Assembly: GCA_004764695.1 (NCBI GenBank)
Contig: SMSO01000037.1
Location: forward strand, 1,154,747 to 1,218,746
Source: Schizochytrium sp. TIO01
Lineage: Eukaryota > Protista > Bigyra: Labyrinthulomycetes
Reading direction: 5' to 3'
Length of the DNA: 64,000 nt
The position numbers and the translations under genes were made by a program. Of this stretch, positions 38,460-49,152 are shown piece by piece. The first letter of the stretch is position 1; each line of letters starts with the position of its first letter. The notes beneath the pieces were generated by a model. That model did not search any database, had not been told where the DNA came from, and saw only the letters and a list, made by a program, of their open reading frames with translations.

Positions 38460-38852
38460 CTAGCGTTTCCCTTGCGCCACAATTGGGGCCACAAGTGCTC
38501 TCGGTGTGACTAGTCCTGCCGCAAAGCAGGCTATAAGCGCCGCCACTGCTCTCTGCACAGGGTTATGAGGCATGGGCAGTACCAGAGCGGCTGTCAGCAG
38601 CAGGTACACCGCTGCGAGCCGCGCAGCTGCCGCCAAAATAGTCCTTCCGCGAGCTGAGAAGACGCGCTCCATGAGACCTATCGCGAAACAGAGCCCCACC
38701 AACGCAAGGGCTAAACGTCCAGAGCCGAGCTCGCGCAGCACATCGCGAGTCAGGGCTGCCAGCCCTACCGAGAGCAAATGGTCGGCAGCACGAATCCCTA
38801 CAACCGCGCCCGAGGCTGCGCCGGCTGCGAAGTCCCGCCACAGCGTTGCCAT
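38460..38852 (-). CDS. Small hypothetical multi-pass membrane protein (130 aa)
   Basis: GC-rich ORF inside AT-richer flanks with 3-4 hydrophobic Ala/Leu/Gly-rich segments; no family recognised. Confidence 0.55.
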   Translation of the reverse strand: MATLWRDFAAGAASGAVVGIRAADHLLSVGLAALTRDVLRELGSGRLALALVGLCFAIGLMERVFSARGRTILAAAARLAAVYLLLTAALVLPMPHNPVQRAVAALIACFAAGLVTPRALVAPIVAQGKR

Positions 38853-39793
38853 CGCTGCGACGAATTCGATTTTAATCAACGTTTTCTGACTCGTTGTTGA
38901 TGTTGTTATTTATTTTCTGTAACTTATTGAAGCCATGATCGTTTACCGCTCTCTTTGCAATCACTGTGACGCTTTGCTATGAACTCAGGGTCAAATTTGG
39001 TGAACTTCAACACTATCGTAGGCAAGAAGTCGCAGGAGCGAGGACCTGGGAGACGACAATTGAAATTTGCCACGACAAGGATTGACATTCGCCCAAAGAA
39101 GGAGACGATGACGAGTAAAACCATATGGTGGAACTACTTAGGATACCATAATATCGTATGATGATGATGCTGATGACTATCTCGATAACGATCACGATTG
39201 CAATGGCAATAAGAAAACATGGGTAGCCTGGACAAGGTGGAAGCTGTCGATTGGGTGTGGAGAGTCTGGGTCGACGACCTCGAGGCGGTCGCAGATGAGT
39301 TCGTCACTTGCATTTCACATTTTTTGACCCTGTAGTGCGAAGAGCTTATAACTTTCTTCATTTCTGTTTTGAGAAAACTTTTAATTTTTAATTGTAAAAA
39401 GAATTTTAATTATAAAATACAACTTTCAAGTTGAAATGCAATGCTGACCTTTAAAAATAAAAAATAATGATAACACTGAGGACCATAAATCGTGCTGCAG
39501 TACTAACATCTTTGGCAGTCTTGAATATATAAATTCAGGAAAGCCAAGATTCAATTACCTTTGCGTTTTCCACAGAACCATCCCACTTGTCATCCCAACT
39601 TTGAGTGTCGTCCATTGTTATTAATTTTTACCCTAAAGGCATCGATTGAGTTCCGTTCGCCATCCATCCGATGGCCTTCGCCCTTCAAAGTTTGAGCACT
39701 CAATCACACCATAGTCGTGGGTACCTGCTACCTAGCTAGCTAGGTCTTACCTCAGTGTTCTTCATTTCTGTTTATTATTTATTCATTCGTTCA

Positions 39794-40114
39794 TCACCAA
39801 ATCTCTCCACCGCACTTGGTAGAAGAGCTGAAGGTAAAGGGCGGAGCTTCCACTCTTTCAACTTTCAAGTCAGCGATCTCAAGTTTCTTCTTCTTGTGCT
39901 TCTTCCTTTTCGAAGGTGGGTAGTGGTAGGTAGTACCTTCATCTTTCAGGTTAACTTTGCAAATGAATTCATGAATGAGCTCAATCCTCCCATCATCATC
40001 ATCATCAGCAGCATCGTCATCGACCCTTCGCCACGAAGCTTGGCTTGGACTTCTAGAGCTCCGTGTCTGCGAGAGGGATTGTGATCTCCATGCCCAGCGG
40101 AACCGTTTCTTCAT
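39794..40114 (-). CDS. Possible small hypothetical protein or exon (acidic tract plus KRKKHKKKK basic tract)
   Basis: 106-aa ORF divergent from APRT with protein-like composition; no family recognised and possibly incomplete. Confidence 0.3.
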   Translation of the reverse strand: MKKRFRWAWRSQSLSQTRSSRSPSQASWRRVDDDAADDDDDGRIELIHEFICKVNLKDEGTTYHYPPSKRKKHKKKKLEIADLKVERVEAPPFTFSSSTKCGGEIW

Positions 40115-40417
40115 GAGCTACGCATTGAGAACTAAGTTCTTCAAAGTTACAAATTGATGACGAACTTGAGTTATAAAAAGTATAGTGCATACAAGCAATG
40201 ATTGGTAGCGACTGCTAGAGCGCGCATGTGTTAGGATGTACTATATTTTACGGTAGTAGTTAGTTCTTCCGGAGGAGGTCTTCCTTTGCATCAGGCGAGC
40301 GAGATCGCCGATGCGCAGCAAATCCAGAACTCTTCTCTTCAAGGTTCGTGTGGAAGTTTGAGGCTATACAGGTGTAATTCGCCGACGTGAGCTTTATAGA
40401 ATCGAATTCTTGAGATC

Positions 40418-41144
40418 ATGACGGCCTGGTTTGCAGCAGCAGAGACCGTATCGGTGGTTCTTGCTTTGGCCCTTGGCGGTGCAGCAGGCTACTTTTTTGG
40501 CTCGAGGTACCAGTCCTCTCGCGTGAGCCTTTTGGGCCCTGGCCAGAGACTTTCTGAGAAGCGCTTACAGCAGGCTCGTGAGAATGTCGCTGCCGTGACT
40601 CCCTACTTTCCCTTTTAAGGGCATCGACCGCTTCTACGACATTGGAGGATTTCTCAAGCACCCCGAGGTCTTCGAGGAAGTCATTGACCTCTTCGTGGCA
40701 CATCTCCGCGATGTTGACTTTGACTGCCTTTGTGGCCTCGATGCCCGCGGATTCATCCTTGGACCTCCTGTAGCCCTCAGGCTCAACAAGCCCTTCTTCA
40801 TGGTCCGCAAGGAGGGTAAGCTTCCCAACTCAATCACCGGCGACAAGTACGGCAAGGAGTACGAATCTGGCCAAGACAGACTCTGCGTCCCTGCTGATGC
40901 CATCCAGCCTGGCCAGAAGGTTGTCATCGTTGATGACCTTGTGGCCACTGGTGGTACCGCCCTCGCTGCCCTCGAGCTTGTGAAGCGTCTTGGTGGTGAA
41001 TGTGCCGAGATTGCTTGCGTCATCGAGATTCGCGCACTTCAGGCTCGCAAGATGCTCGAGGAGAAGGGCTTTGCTGATGTCAACATCTTTTCCATCGTTG
41101 AAGAGGACCTCCTCCAGCTTGCTGGAGAGACTTCGCAGGTCTAA
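40418..41144 (+). CDS. APRT: Adenine phosphoribosyltransferase with N-terminal TM anchor (~241 aa); +1 frame break at TTTT 40613-40616
   Basis: Motifs GLDARGFILG, VRKEGKLP, YGKEY and the PRPP motif VVIVDDLVATGGT. Removing one T restores the conserved PYFPFKGIDRFYDIGGFL. Strong C-ending codon bias on both sides of the break. Confidence 0.92.
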
Positions 41145-42020
41145 AGCAAGCTTGACAAGGTGAGCAGGACTTACTATGCGTCAGAACAGGAGTGGACTCT
41201 TTGCTGTTGCTGATACGGCCCATCTCTCTGTTGAGTAAATTTCTCAAAGCTGTTTATATAGCACAAGCTGAAAGTTGACCACGCAATTCTCCTTCATCTC
41301 CCATTTTCTCTCTCGTGCCTTTATTTCTCTCGTAGATCAAAAACTTCCCTAGTTATATGAATTTGTGGATGAGTTTTGATCTTGGGACCATAATTGATTG
41401 CTGACATGCCGATATGCATGTATACACATACGATATAACGAGATAGTTGAAATGGTTCAGTATCGTATTCTCACCTAAGTTTTCATTTGGGGAAATTGCC
41501 GTCACATTGTGTGTCTCACACATGATTTTGTCTTACTTTAATTATGATTTGTGGAATCAGACAATTAAAGCCTACTTTGAAGCATCATCAACGAGACTTA
41601 CACAATACTATACAATCAATCACATACATGACATAATGACAATATTCGAAATCTATTTCTCTAATTCCCTTGGATTCATTTTCGAAAGATAGGACTGATA
41701 TTATAACCTCTTCATTGCGCTACCTGTTTAAATCAAGGCTCTATGGGGCATCAAATTGAGAATGAGGTATATACAAAACCACTGCAAAGTGACTTACGCG
41801 TAATGCTCAAGGTATACTGTAGGAAATGACAGCTCTCTCAAAAGGATGGCATTCCGTATTATTACGGGGAACAAAGTAAAAGGGAAATAAGAAAATAAGT
41901 TTGCACTCGTTATGAATTCCATTTGAGAAAATTGAGTCCTAGCAAGCAATAACATTGTGTGTCACAAACAGCACCCTTCTAACTTATTCAACGTCAAGTA
42001 GATAGGTGGGCTGAAGTTTT

Positions 42021-43160
42021 TTAGAGTGTCGGGTCAATAAGGCACTTAATCATGCCGTCCTCCGCAGCGTTAAACTTCTTGTACGCATCCACAGCGTCCG
42101 AGAAGCCAATGCGGTGAGTGAAGAGGCCTTCAGCTTCCTTAGAGGCCTTGAGGATATTGCGTAGATGCGGGAGAGCACCACCGGCCAGCAGAGAATGCAC
42201 AGGGCAGCGACCAGAGCGAAACGTGAGGTTCTTATCGTAGAACTGCTCAGGAGTAATTGCATTTGGCGTGTATGCGTGGACACCCACAGAAGAGATTGTG
42301 CCACCAGGTTGGACGCATGAGTAGGCCATCTCCATGGCAGATCGCTGCCCGACAACCTCAAGAACAACACGAGCCCCAAGCTTGGAGACACTTGACTCGC
42401 GCACGACGGTGGGGACATCGTCAGTCTTGAAGTTGGCCGTGGAGGTGGCCCCCATTTTCTTTGCAGCCTCAAGACGTTCAGGTACACAATCCACAGCAAT
42501 GATCTTGGACTTGCCTTGGCTCAAGTAGCTGGCACATGCCACGGTAAGCAAGCCCACGGGACCACAGCCAACCACCACAATCAGGTCTTCATCACCATGG
42601 TCCTTGCGCGGGTCCGAGGTGCTGAGCAGATCAGGGCTCCAGGACTGGCCAACATCACCTCGAATCGCACAGTAGAATGCAGTTGACAAAATGTCGCCCA
42701 TAAGCAAGGCGTGCTCCGGCTTGACATCTTCAGGGCGCTTCACAAGCGTGTTATCCGCCAAGGGGACCATGACGTACTCGGCTTGACCACCGTGAAGGCC
42801 TCCGCCGTTCTGGCACCAGCCGAAGAGACATCCTTTGACGCAGCGAGCTGACATGTCATGGGTGCAAAAGAAGCATTCACCGCAACTCGTGGTGAAGGGG
42901 CTCATCACATCATCACCGACCTTGAGGTTCTTCACTTCGCTACCAACCTCGTGAACCTTGCCGACGAATTCGTGGCCCTGCACAGACCCCTTGTCGAGGC
43001 CAGTTTCTGCGCCACGGTAAATGTGCAAGTCAGAGCCGCACAAAGCTGCGAGTTCCACCTTGACAACAACTGCGCGAGGGTCGGTCACCTTCGGCACAGG
43101 GATCTCTTCCACGGCCACCTTGTACGGCTCTTGAAACGTCACAGCCTTCATGGTTGCCAT
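42021..43160 (-). CDS. Zn-dependent medium-chain alcohol dehydrogenase (formaldehyde-dehydrogenase-like MDR, 379 aa)
   Basis: CGSDLH, GHEFVG, structural Zn CGECFFC...C, DILSTAF and NAD-binding GCGPVG. ATG at 43160 (MATMKAV). Confidence 0.92.
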   Translation of the reverse strand: MATMKAVTFQEPYKVAVEEIPVPKVTDPRAVVVKVELAALCGSDLHIYRGAETGLDKGSVQGHEFVGKVHEVGSEVKNLKVGDDVMSPFTTSCGECFFCTHDMSARCVKGCLFGWCQNGGGLHGGQAEYVMVPLADNTLVKRPEDVKPEHALLMGDILSTAFYCAIRGDVGQSWSPDLLSTSDPRKDHGDEDLIVVVGCGPVGLLTVACASYLSQGKSKIIAVDCVPERLEAAKKMGATSTANFKTDDVPTVVRESSVSKLGARVVLEVVGQRSAMEMAYSCVQPGGTISSVGVHAYTPNAITPEQFYDKNLTFRSGRCPVHSLLAGGALPHLRNILKASKEAEGLFTHRIGFSDAVDAYKKFNAAEDGMIKCLIDPTL

Positions 43161-44405
43161 CTTCTCGACGAGTGCAATTACTGCTGCAAACACAACCGGT
43201 GCAACGCAATTGAAAGACGGTTCTTCGCAATCAATTGCGGATTTGCCGCAGCACGACAGAAACCCAGTTGCTCGCGTTTCTTGAAATCTTGCAAATGGTA
43301 TAATACCTTCGCAAACTTTTTTCATTACTTAGATATCATTACAATGGTTCATCGAGAATGTGGAGTTAATTTACAGAACTTGTGTATGTGCATTACTTTG
43401 ATTAAATTGTCCCCAGGTAGTAGTATCTATCTAGATACCCTACTAATTAAATTTGTGACACTAGCAATGCATTCCTTTATCTACCTATCAGCACAACTGC
43501 AGGCCTATAAGAATTAGACCCACCAAAGCTCAGTGCTGATCTCTCGCGATAAGAAAAAGAGACTCGATAAGCCCTGCGGACAATCTTTAGTCATGTTACA
43601 AGACTCGGTCTACCTTGTGTAGAGAATTGGAATGAATCCATATATTACTTTTGACGGACTCGGAAACTAACCTAATTCGTAAGGACAACTTCAAGTTCTT
43701 TACAAACAGACCAACTCGTAATCAACTTGAAATAGGAGCTTAATTGTGTTCAACTTCCGCGTTAAACGCCAAAGAAGCCCTGAAATAGAGTGGATATGGC
43801 CAATATACCCATTATTCTGACCCTTTGGCGCTTGCCGTGAATTTAAGCTACTCCAGACTAACTTGGACTGTACAACCTTCTTCTACGTTTTCAAGGCGAT
43901 GATTTTGAAGTGAACATTCATTAGTGTGTGAATTTGGTTCCAACGAAGCTGATGGCTGAAGTAGTGCAGGCCGCTGTTAGCAACATTGATATGTCTAGAT
44001 AGCTCTTGTCCCTTTAGTCTAAAGTGACCCCAAAACAGTCAGTTTGCTCACATCTTCGTCGATAAACTTCGATTTGTGTATAAAAAGGAGGGAATGCTTA
44101 GTTCTTCAAGAGTTGACATGTAGAGGTGTCATAGTACCCGATTGCGGCAACGTAAAGTTGCTTCTTCTATAGTAGATTTATTTAATACCACTGCCAGGAG
44201 GTTACCGGAAGGTGCTGCATGTGTTCTGCGGTTATATCGCATTAAGCACAAGCTGGGTTCCATACTATCATATGATGTTCTAATTTTTTGGGGAACTCAT
44301 GCATTGTACATTTTGCGACTAGGTTGAAGCAAACGCTTAATAGAGGCGACGGACTATTGATCTGCTACCAATAGTTGTGTGCTTGAAGCCAATCGATATA
44401 GGAAA

Positions 44406-45035
44406 ATGCAAATAATCATCTCCAGCTTCGCGTTTCGACGCGGCACGCCAGGGGCCGACGCTGTGCTTGACGCACGTAAAGTTCGCAACCCAGGCAAGGA
44501 GGCTGGCAAGAAGACAGCCTTGAATAAAAAAGTTGCGAACTTGGTTTTCAAAGACCCGAAGGCCCACGCGCTTGTTACAAAGGGTGTAGACATAGTGTTG
44601 GCAACACTGAAAGCTCAAAAAATTAATCTCAACTTTGGCGTTGACAACCATTCTCATGCAAAATATTCACCCCCAACACAACAATTGGCTGCTTCAAATA
44701 ATAATCCCGGTGACCCAAGTTCCCCAATTTTAAAGAAGGACTCTGTAAAGGAACCTTTGGAAAATCATTCACACTTGCCTGAAGGAGAACCTGACCCACG
44801 TGAAAGTAACACAAGCGTAGACACTGAAGCTAGCAAGCGCGATTCTTTTGGTGAGAGCTCTAAACTTCTTGAAGATGGTGAAAATTGCTCAACATTTCAC
44901 CTCGGCGTCGGCTGTTTAGCAGGTAAACATCGATCAGTGGCGATTGCCCAAGCCATCGCATTGCAACTCCATACGCGCGGAATTAACTGCACTATTGTGC
45001 ATCGAGAGATTGAAGGTTTGTCGAAATTAGACTAA
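44406..45035 (+). CDS. Stand-alone RapZ C-terminal-domain-like protein (209 aa)
   Basis: IISSFAFRRGTPGADAVLDARKVRNP ... LGVGCLAGKHRSVAIA ... IVHREI matches the RapZ/YvcJ CTD motifs SFGFKxG-P-xD-xxDxR-xxNP, IGCTGGxHRSV and HRD. No P-loop kinase N-domain. Confidence 0.8.
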   Translation: MQIIISSFAFRRGTPGADAVLDARKVRNPGKEAGKKTALNKKVANLVFKDPKAHALVTKGVDIVLATLKAQKINLNFGVDNHSHAKYSPPTQQLAASNNNPGDPSSPILKKDSVKEPLENHSHLPEGEPDPRESNTSVDTEASKRDSFGESSKLLEDGENCSTFHLGVGCLAGKHRSVAIAQAIALQLHTRGINCTIVHREIEGLSKLD

Positions 45036-45220
45036 AGTGGTGTACCGGAGCTTTGATTTTGATTTGGTCGGACGTGCTCGAAAGAGAAATGCGAATACAT
45101 TGATTTTTTTTTTTTTTTTTTTTTTTGGGGGGGGGGGCAAAGACGGCACGATGAAAACCTTACACAATGATAGTGGAAACAGTTTAAATTCTTAAAAGAC
45201 AAAATACTGAAATCATCTAC

Positions 45221-46198
45221 TCAGGCCCAGTCTCGTGGTTCCTTGTTATCCGGGTCTGGTCCTGTAGTAACTGTTCGTGTTCCGTTCATATGACGTCTAG
45301 ACCTTCCTAGGGATGTAGCTTGAACAAGAAGGCCACAGCAAGTAGTGCGCTCTGGGACGTCTAGTTCCTCAGGGAGATAGTAATGCTGGTCGCGAGACCA
45401 TTTGAGCGCTAGATTTGCCTTATCTGACAAATAATCGCGTTGTTTGTCGTAAATATCACGTTCGTATCGACGAAATAAATGAACAGCCTGGTCGTCCATG
45501 TTACTGAAAATAGACGCAACAGCCAAGTTTGCCAAAACATCGGTCGCGTTCTGGGAAGCAAAGATGATTGTTACCCCAAGGACAAAGATGAACATTGTAA
45601 ATAATATATCCAGCGAGCTGACAATGCTAACAACCCAATTTCGCCACGTGAAATGTTTTCCGAAACCAAGAAAGTCAATACCTGGGTGGACACACCGAGC
45701 GATAATGAATGGCAAAGTACATATACGCCATATCAGAATTAGGGGCACTCGGGTAAATGTATTAAAGAAAAATAGAAACACCTCGCGGAAAATCATTGCA
45801 AATTGTCCCCATGCGCTTGTTGCTGTGTGCTTGTGAGGATTTACAAAGATACGCTCCATATTAGCTGATACAAAAGGGTAGTTGATCCGGACTGCTTGCG
45901 TTGCATTGAGAAGATGCATCAAGAATGCACCAGTTCCGCACATAACTTTAAGAGCAAAAACCATCTTCGCCTCATAACTTGAATCGCTTTGCGGTAATGT
46001 AAAGAGATCCAGCCATGAGCTACCAAGGATGTTGAGATATACAATAGTAATAATACCAAGACCAGCATTTATAAATAACTTTAGCATAATCGCAACTGGA
46101 TGTGCATGTTCGTATGCTCGGTGGTTCACGCGAATATCATCAACAATGCGTTTAAAGTCATTCTCTTGTTCTTCGCTTAGCCCTACACTCTTGTTCAT
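45221..46198 (-). CDS. Hypothetical multi-pass membrane protein (325 aa)
   Basis: Long intact ORF with about 4-5 hydrophobic helices, ending in NATDVLANLAVASIFSNMDD before a soluble tail. Confidence 0.75.
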   Translation of the reverse strand: MNKSVGLSEEQENDFKRIVDDIRVNHRAYEHAHPVAIMLKLFINAGLGIITIVYLNILGSSWLDLFTLPQSDSSYEAKMVFALKVMCGTGAFLMHLLNATQAVRINYPFVSANMERIFVNPHKHTATSAWGQFAMIFREVFLFFFNTFTRVPLILIWRICTLPFIIARCVHPGIDFLGFGKHFTWRNWVVSIVSSLDILFTMFIFVLGVTIIFASQNATDVLANLAVASIFSNMDDQAVHLFRRYERDIYDKQRDYLSDKANLALKWSRDQHYYLPEELDVPERTTCCGLLVQATSLGRSRRHMNGTRTVTTGPDPDNKEPRDWA

Positions 46199-48162
46199 TG
46201 TCTCCCCACGACCTTCAGATTTGTACAAGGTAGCTGGGACAATAACCCTTTCCCTCGGTTTTTGGGATGAGTAATGTGCAAGTTATGGTTTTGCTGTTCA
46301 ACTATGCAGCATTTAAAAAAAAAAAAAAATGTTTCAGCATCCGAAGTTTGACAGTATTCACTACCAAGCACTTGCAGTCAGAAGAAGAAAGGATCAGTTT
46401 TCTTTGATACTTTCTGGTGCAGTTCAATATTAGCATGGTTAAAATATCAAGTTGCGCTACTATTTTTCTGGACTGGACACGCGAAGTAGGATCTACTCAC
46501 AAGTCAGACACAACAATATCAAAATATATTCTTGAAACTTAATAGCGTCTGTAGACAAAGCATCATCATCTCATACCACAAATTACTTGCAGAGCGTGAA
46601 AACACTCGGATGAAGCATTGAAGATGAGATAACATCTAAGCCAAGTTCATGTCACTTGCCAGATCCATCTTATCCAACTACAGTGTTATGTGCATGAGAT
46701 GATCGATGATCTTCAAGCACGTGGCGTGTGTAGATGCAGAACGATCTGCTCACGTGCGGTGTAACTTATGGATCCATCTCCCCTTGCAACTCCCTTCCCA
46801 CATAACAAACAAGGAGGTACCAAGTAGTAAGACTAAGTGTTATGTCTAGTTCCTCTTGCACACGTCTAATTAATGACTACCTAGGTACGTAGGCCTGTGC
46901 TTGCCTTTCTTTGAAAGTCTATCATTTGGTGATAGAATTACCAATCCCTCATAGTATTTCACACAAACAATCATAATATTCGGAAAATATGTGGTGGGTA
47001 GGTTCCTAATACTTCATCATAATGTTAGATCATCTATCCTGTTTTCTTGTTGTTGTAGCTCTAAAGCGGTCCAAGTTGGAGCAGGCTCATCGTGAACGAA
47101 GATTCCGCTGTTCGGAAGCGTAGCTATGACATTCAGCTTACTACTTGGGACCACTATGACTGACAAATATTCCAAGGCCCTTTTGATTATAACTCGTCGA
47201 CCCAGCTTTCTTGCGAGTTGTACGCAAAAGTCGATCTTCGACTCGCCTTGCTCCCCTATTTGGGGTTGCGTTGAAGGGTGCACGCGCAAGTAATATTTCA
47301 GCCTAAGTTGCAAGAAAGAAAACCCAGGGACTTTCTTCACTCACTCCTGCCTTTTGAGGTGTTTTACATAGTATGTTTTATTGGTTATTCGAGATATTAT
47401 TTGTGGACAGTAGATCATCTACTCTCAAGACTGCCATCGTCGGCGCGCCACCTCGATAGAAAAGAGGCCGTTCATGCTTCTTTTCGATGCATGATAGAAT
47501 CAATCTGATCTTTGGAATTTAGCTCAGGTTTTAATTTTCGAGAAGAGTAACATTTTGGAATTGGCTTGGGTCTTTCGTAGACATTACTATAATGACATGT
47601 GCCTCCACTACTTGCACGTGCGAGAAAAGTTCTTCGAGTCTCTTTTTAGGGAAGTCGGAACTTTGGCTTACAATATAAAAATCTTGAAGATTATGACGGC
47701 ACGCATTAAAAGGGTATCTCTGTGAAATGGTCAGATACCCCATTAAAGATTTACGCTCGCACACTTTTGCACAACTTTCGAAAACCTGAGTGCCAGGCCT
47801 TTAAAATCGTAGCTCTGACAGGATCTATTCACCGCTAAGTTACACTCTGCACGTGCACATAACAGATTGTTGGCTATTCTATCCCTCTGTTGTCCAGATT
47901 ATGTTCACGAAGGGTGCATCCGCATTCTCTATAATTTATGACGTAGTTTGCGCAGAACGCAGCGTGAAGGTGCCGGGACCGTTTTCTTGGAAGAAAATGA
48001 AGGTGGATCCAACAGCATAAACTCTCAAGGATAGTTGGCCAGATTCGAAGAGCTAAACAAGAATTAAGACATCGTGCTCATATTAGTGTATTAATAAATC
48101 ATTGATAGTATACATAGGATGAAAAGCTGCAGATGTGGCAACGTAGAAGACAAGCTGCTCCT

Positions 48163-49152
48163 TCAAGGGGCGGCAGTGTCATCACGAGAGTACTTCAATT
48201 TTTTGCCAGCTGCCAGTTCATCGACAGAGACATCATAGCGTTGCGCAGCCAAAATACTAGCAGTATGCGTCGAATCATTGACACTGAAAAGAACTTGTAC
48301 ACAATCAATGACACATTGTTGTGACACGCTACGCACTGCCTCTGATGATCTGGAACGGGACCCCTGGCGGCCCTGATGCACAGCTCGCACATCGAGTCTA
48401 ATTACCTGGGCGATAGCTTCTTTAAGCTCTGCCGATGTGCGATAGAATTGTGTGACGCCTTGAGTCACCATGGCTTCGCAGTCTTCCTCAGCGCGTGCGC
48501 AAAATTCAACTTCCCAGTCAATGTTTTTCTCTGCAAGAACCCAACTTGCAAATTTAGGTGTTGCAAGAGGCACATCGCCAGGAACGAAGGGCTTGATGTC
48601 TAGAACTGGCGTGAGGTGACAGAGGTCAATACCCGCAACGACAACCTCCCGGCGTTGAACATCTATGGAGCGGAGCTCTGCTAATGTGAGCCCAATTGGA
48701 TTCGGACGGTGTGGTGACCTGGTGCTAAGAAGGCCTGTGCTTTTCCCTTGCAGCAAAGGCGGGCGGATTTTTGATGGCAGAACAACCTGTGAATCGCCGC
48801 GAACCCATGCGGCTACTTTGTCCTTATTTGTATTCCTTGAGAAGACAAAAACAATCCAGACATGGCTAAATGTCTCGAGTCCTTCCAGAGCTGTGCCAGA
48901 CATGTGTTTGTGAAGAACAATACGCCCAAGAGTATCTGGTGCCAAATTTCCTTGCCTCGGCACGCCGCGTTTATTGGCAAAAACAGATTCGCAGACTCCA
49001 ATTTCGCGAAAGGCGTAAACATCCTTCATGCCTTCCCAACTTCCCATTCCAAATTCGCGTTCTTCGTTATTGTCTTCCCGATTGACCTTTGTAATCAGTT
49101 CTTTGGTCGCTTCACCATTATTCGCAGGTACTTTTGCGTCGTATTTCTCCAT
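48163..49152 (-). CDS. TRMO: tRNA (adenine37-N6)-methyltransferase TrmO/TsaA-like
   Basis: Motifs GVPRQG, LEGLETFSHVWIVFVF, STRSPHRPNPIGLT, GIDL and TPVLDIKP, followed by a C-terminal domain. Confidence 0.92.
   Translation of the reverse strand: MEKYDAKVPANNGEATKELITKVNREDNNEEREFGMGSWEGMKDVYAFREIGVCESVFANKRGVPRQGNLAPDTLGRIVLHKHMSGTALEGLETFSHVWIVFVFSRNTNKDKVAAWVRGDSQVVLPSKIRPPLLQGKSTGLLSTRSPHRPNPIGLTLAELRSIDVQRREVVVAGIDLCHLTPVLDIKPFVPGDVPLATPKFASWVLAEKNIDWEVEFCARAEEDCEAMVTQGVTQFYRTSAELKEAIAQVIRLDVRAVHQGRQGSRSRSSEAVRSVSQQCVIDCVQVLFSVNDSTHTASILAAQRYDVSVDELAAGKKLKYSRDDTAAP

Noticed and set aside
39354-39773. 16-bp direct repeat TTCTTCATTTCTGTTT at 39354 and 39758 as a target-site duplication
   Set aside because: Low-complexity motif; no terminal inverted repeats, poly-A tail or coding capacity between the copies.
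45103-45137. T-run followed by G-run between convergent genes
   Set aside because: Simple homopolymers in a terminator-region spacer with unreliable length; no evidence of retro-insertion.
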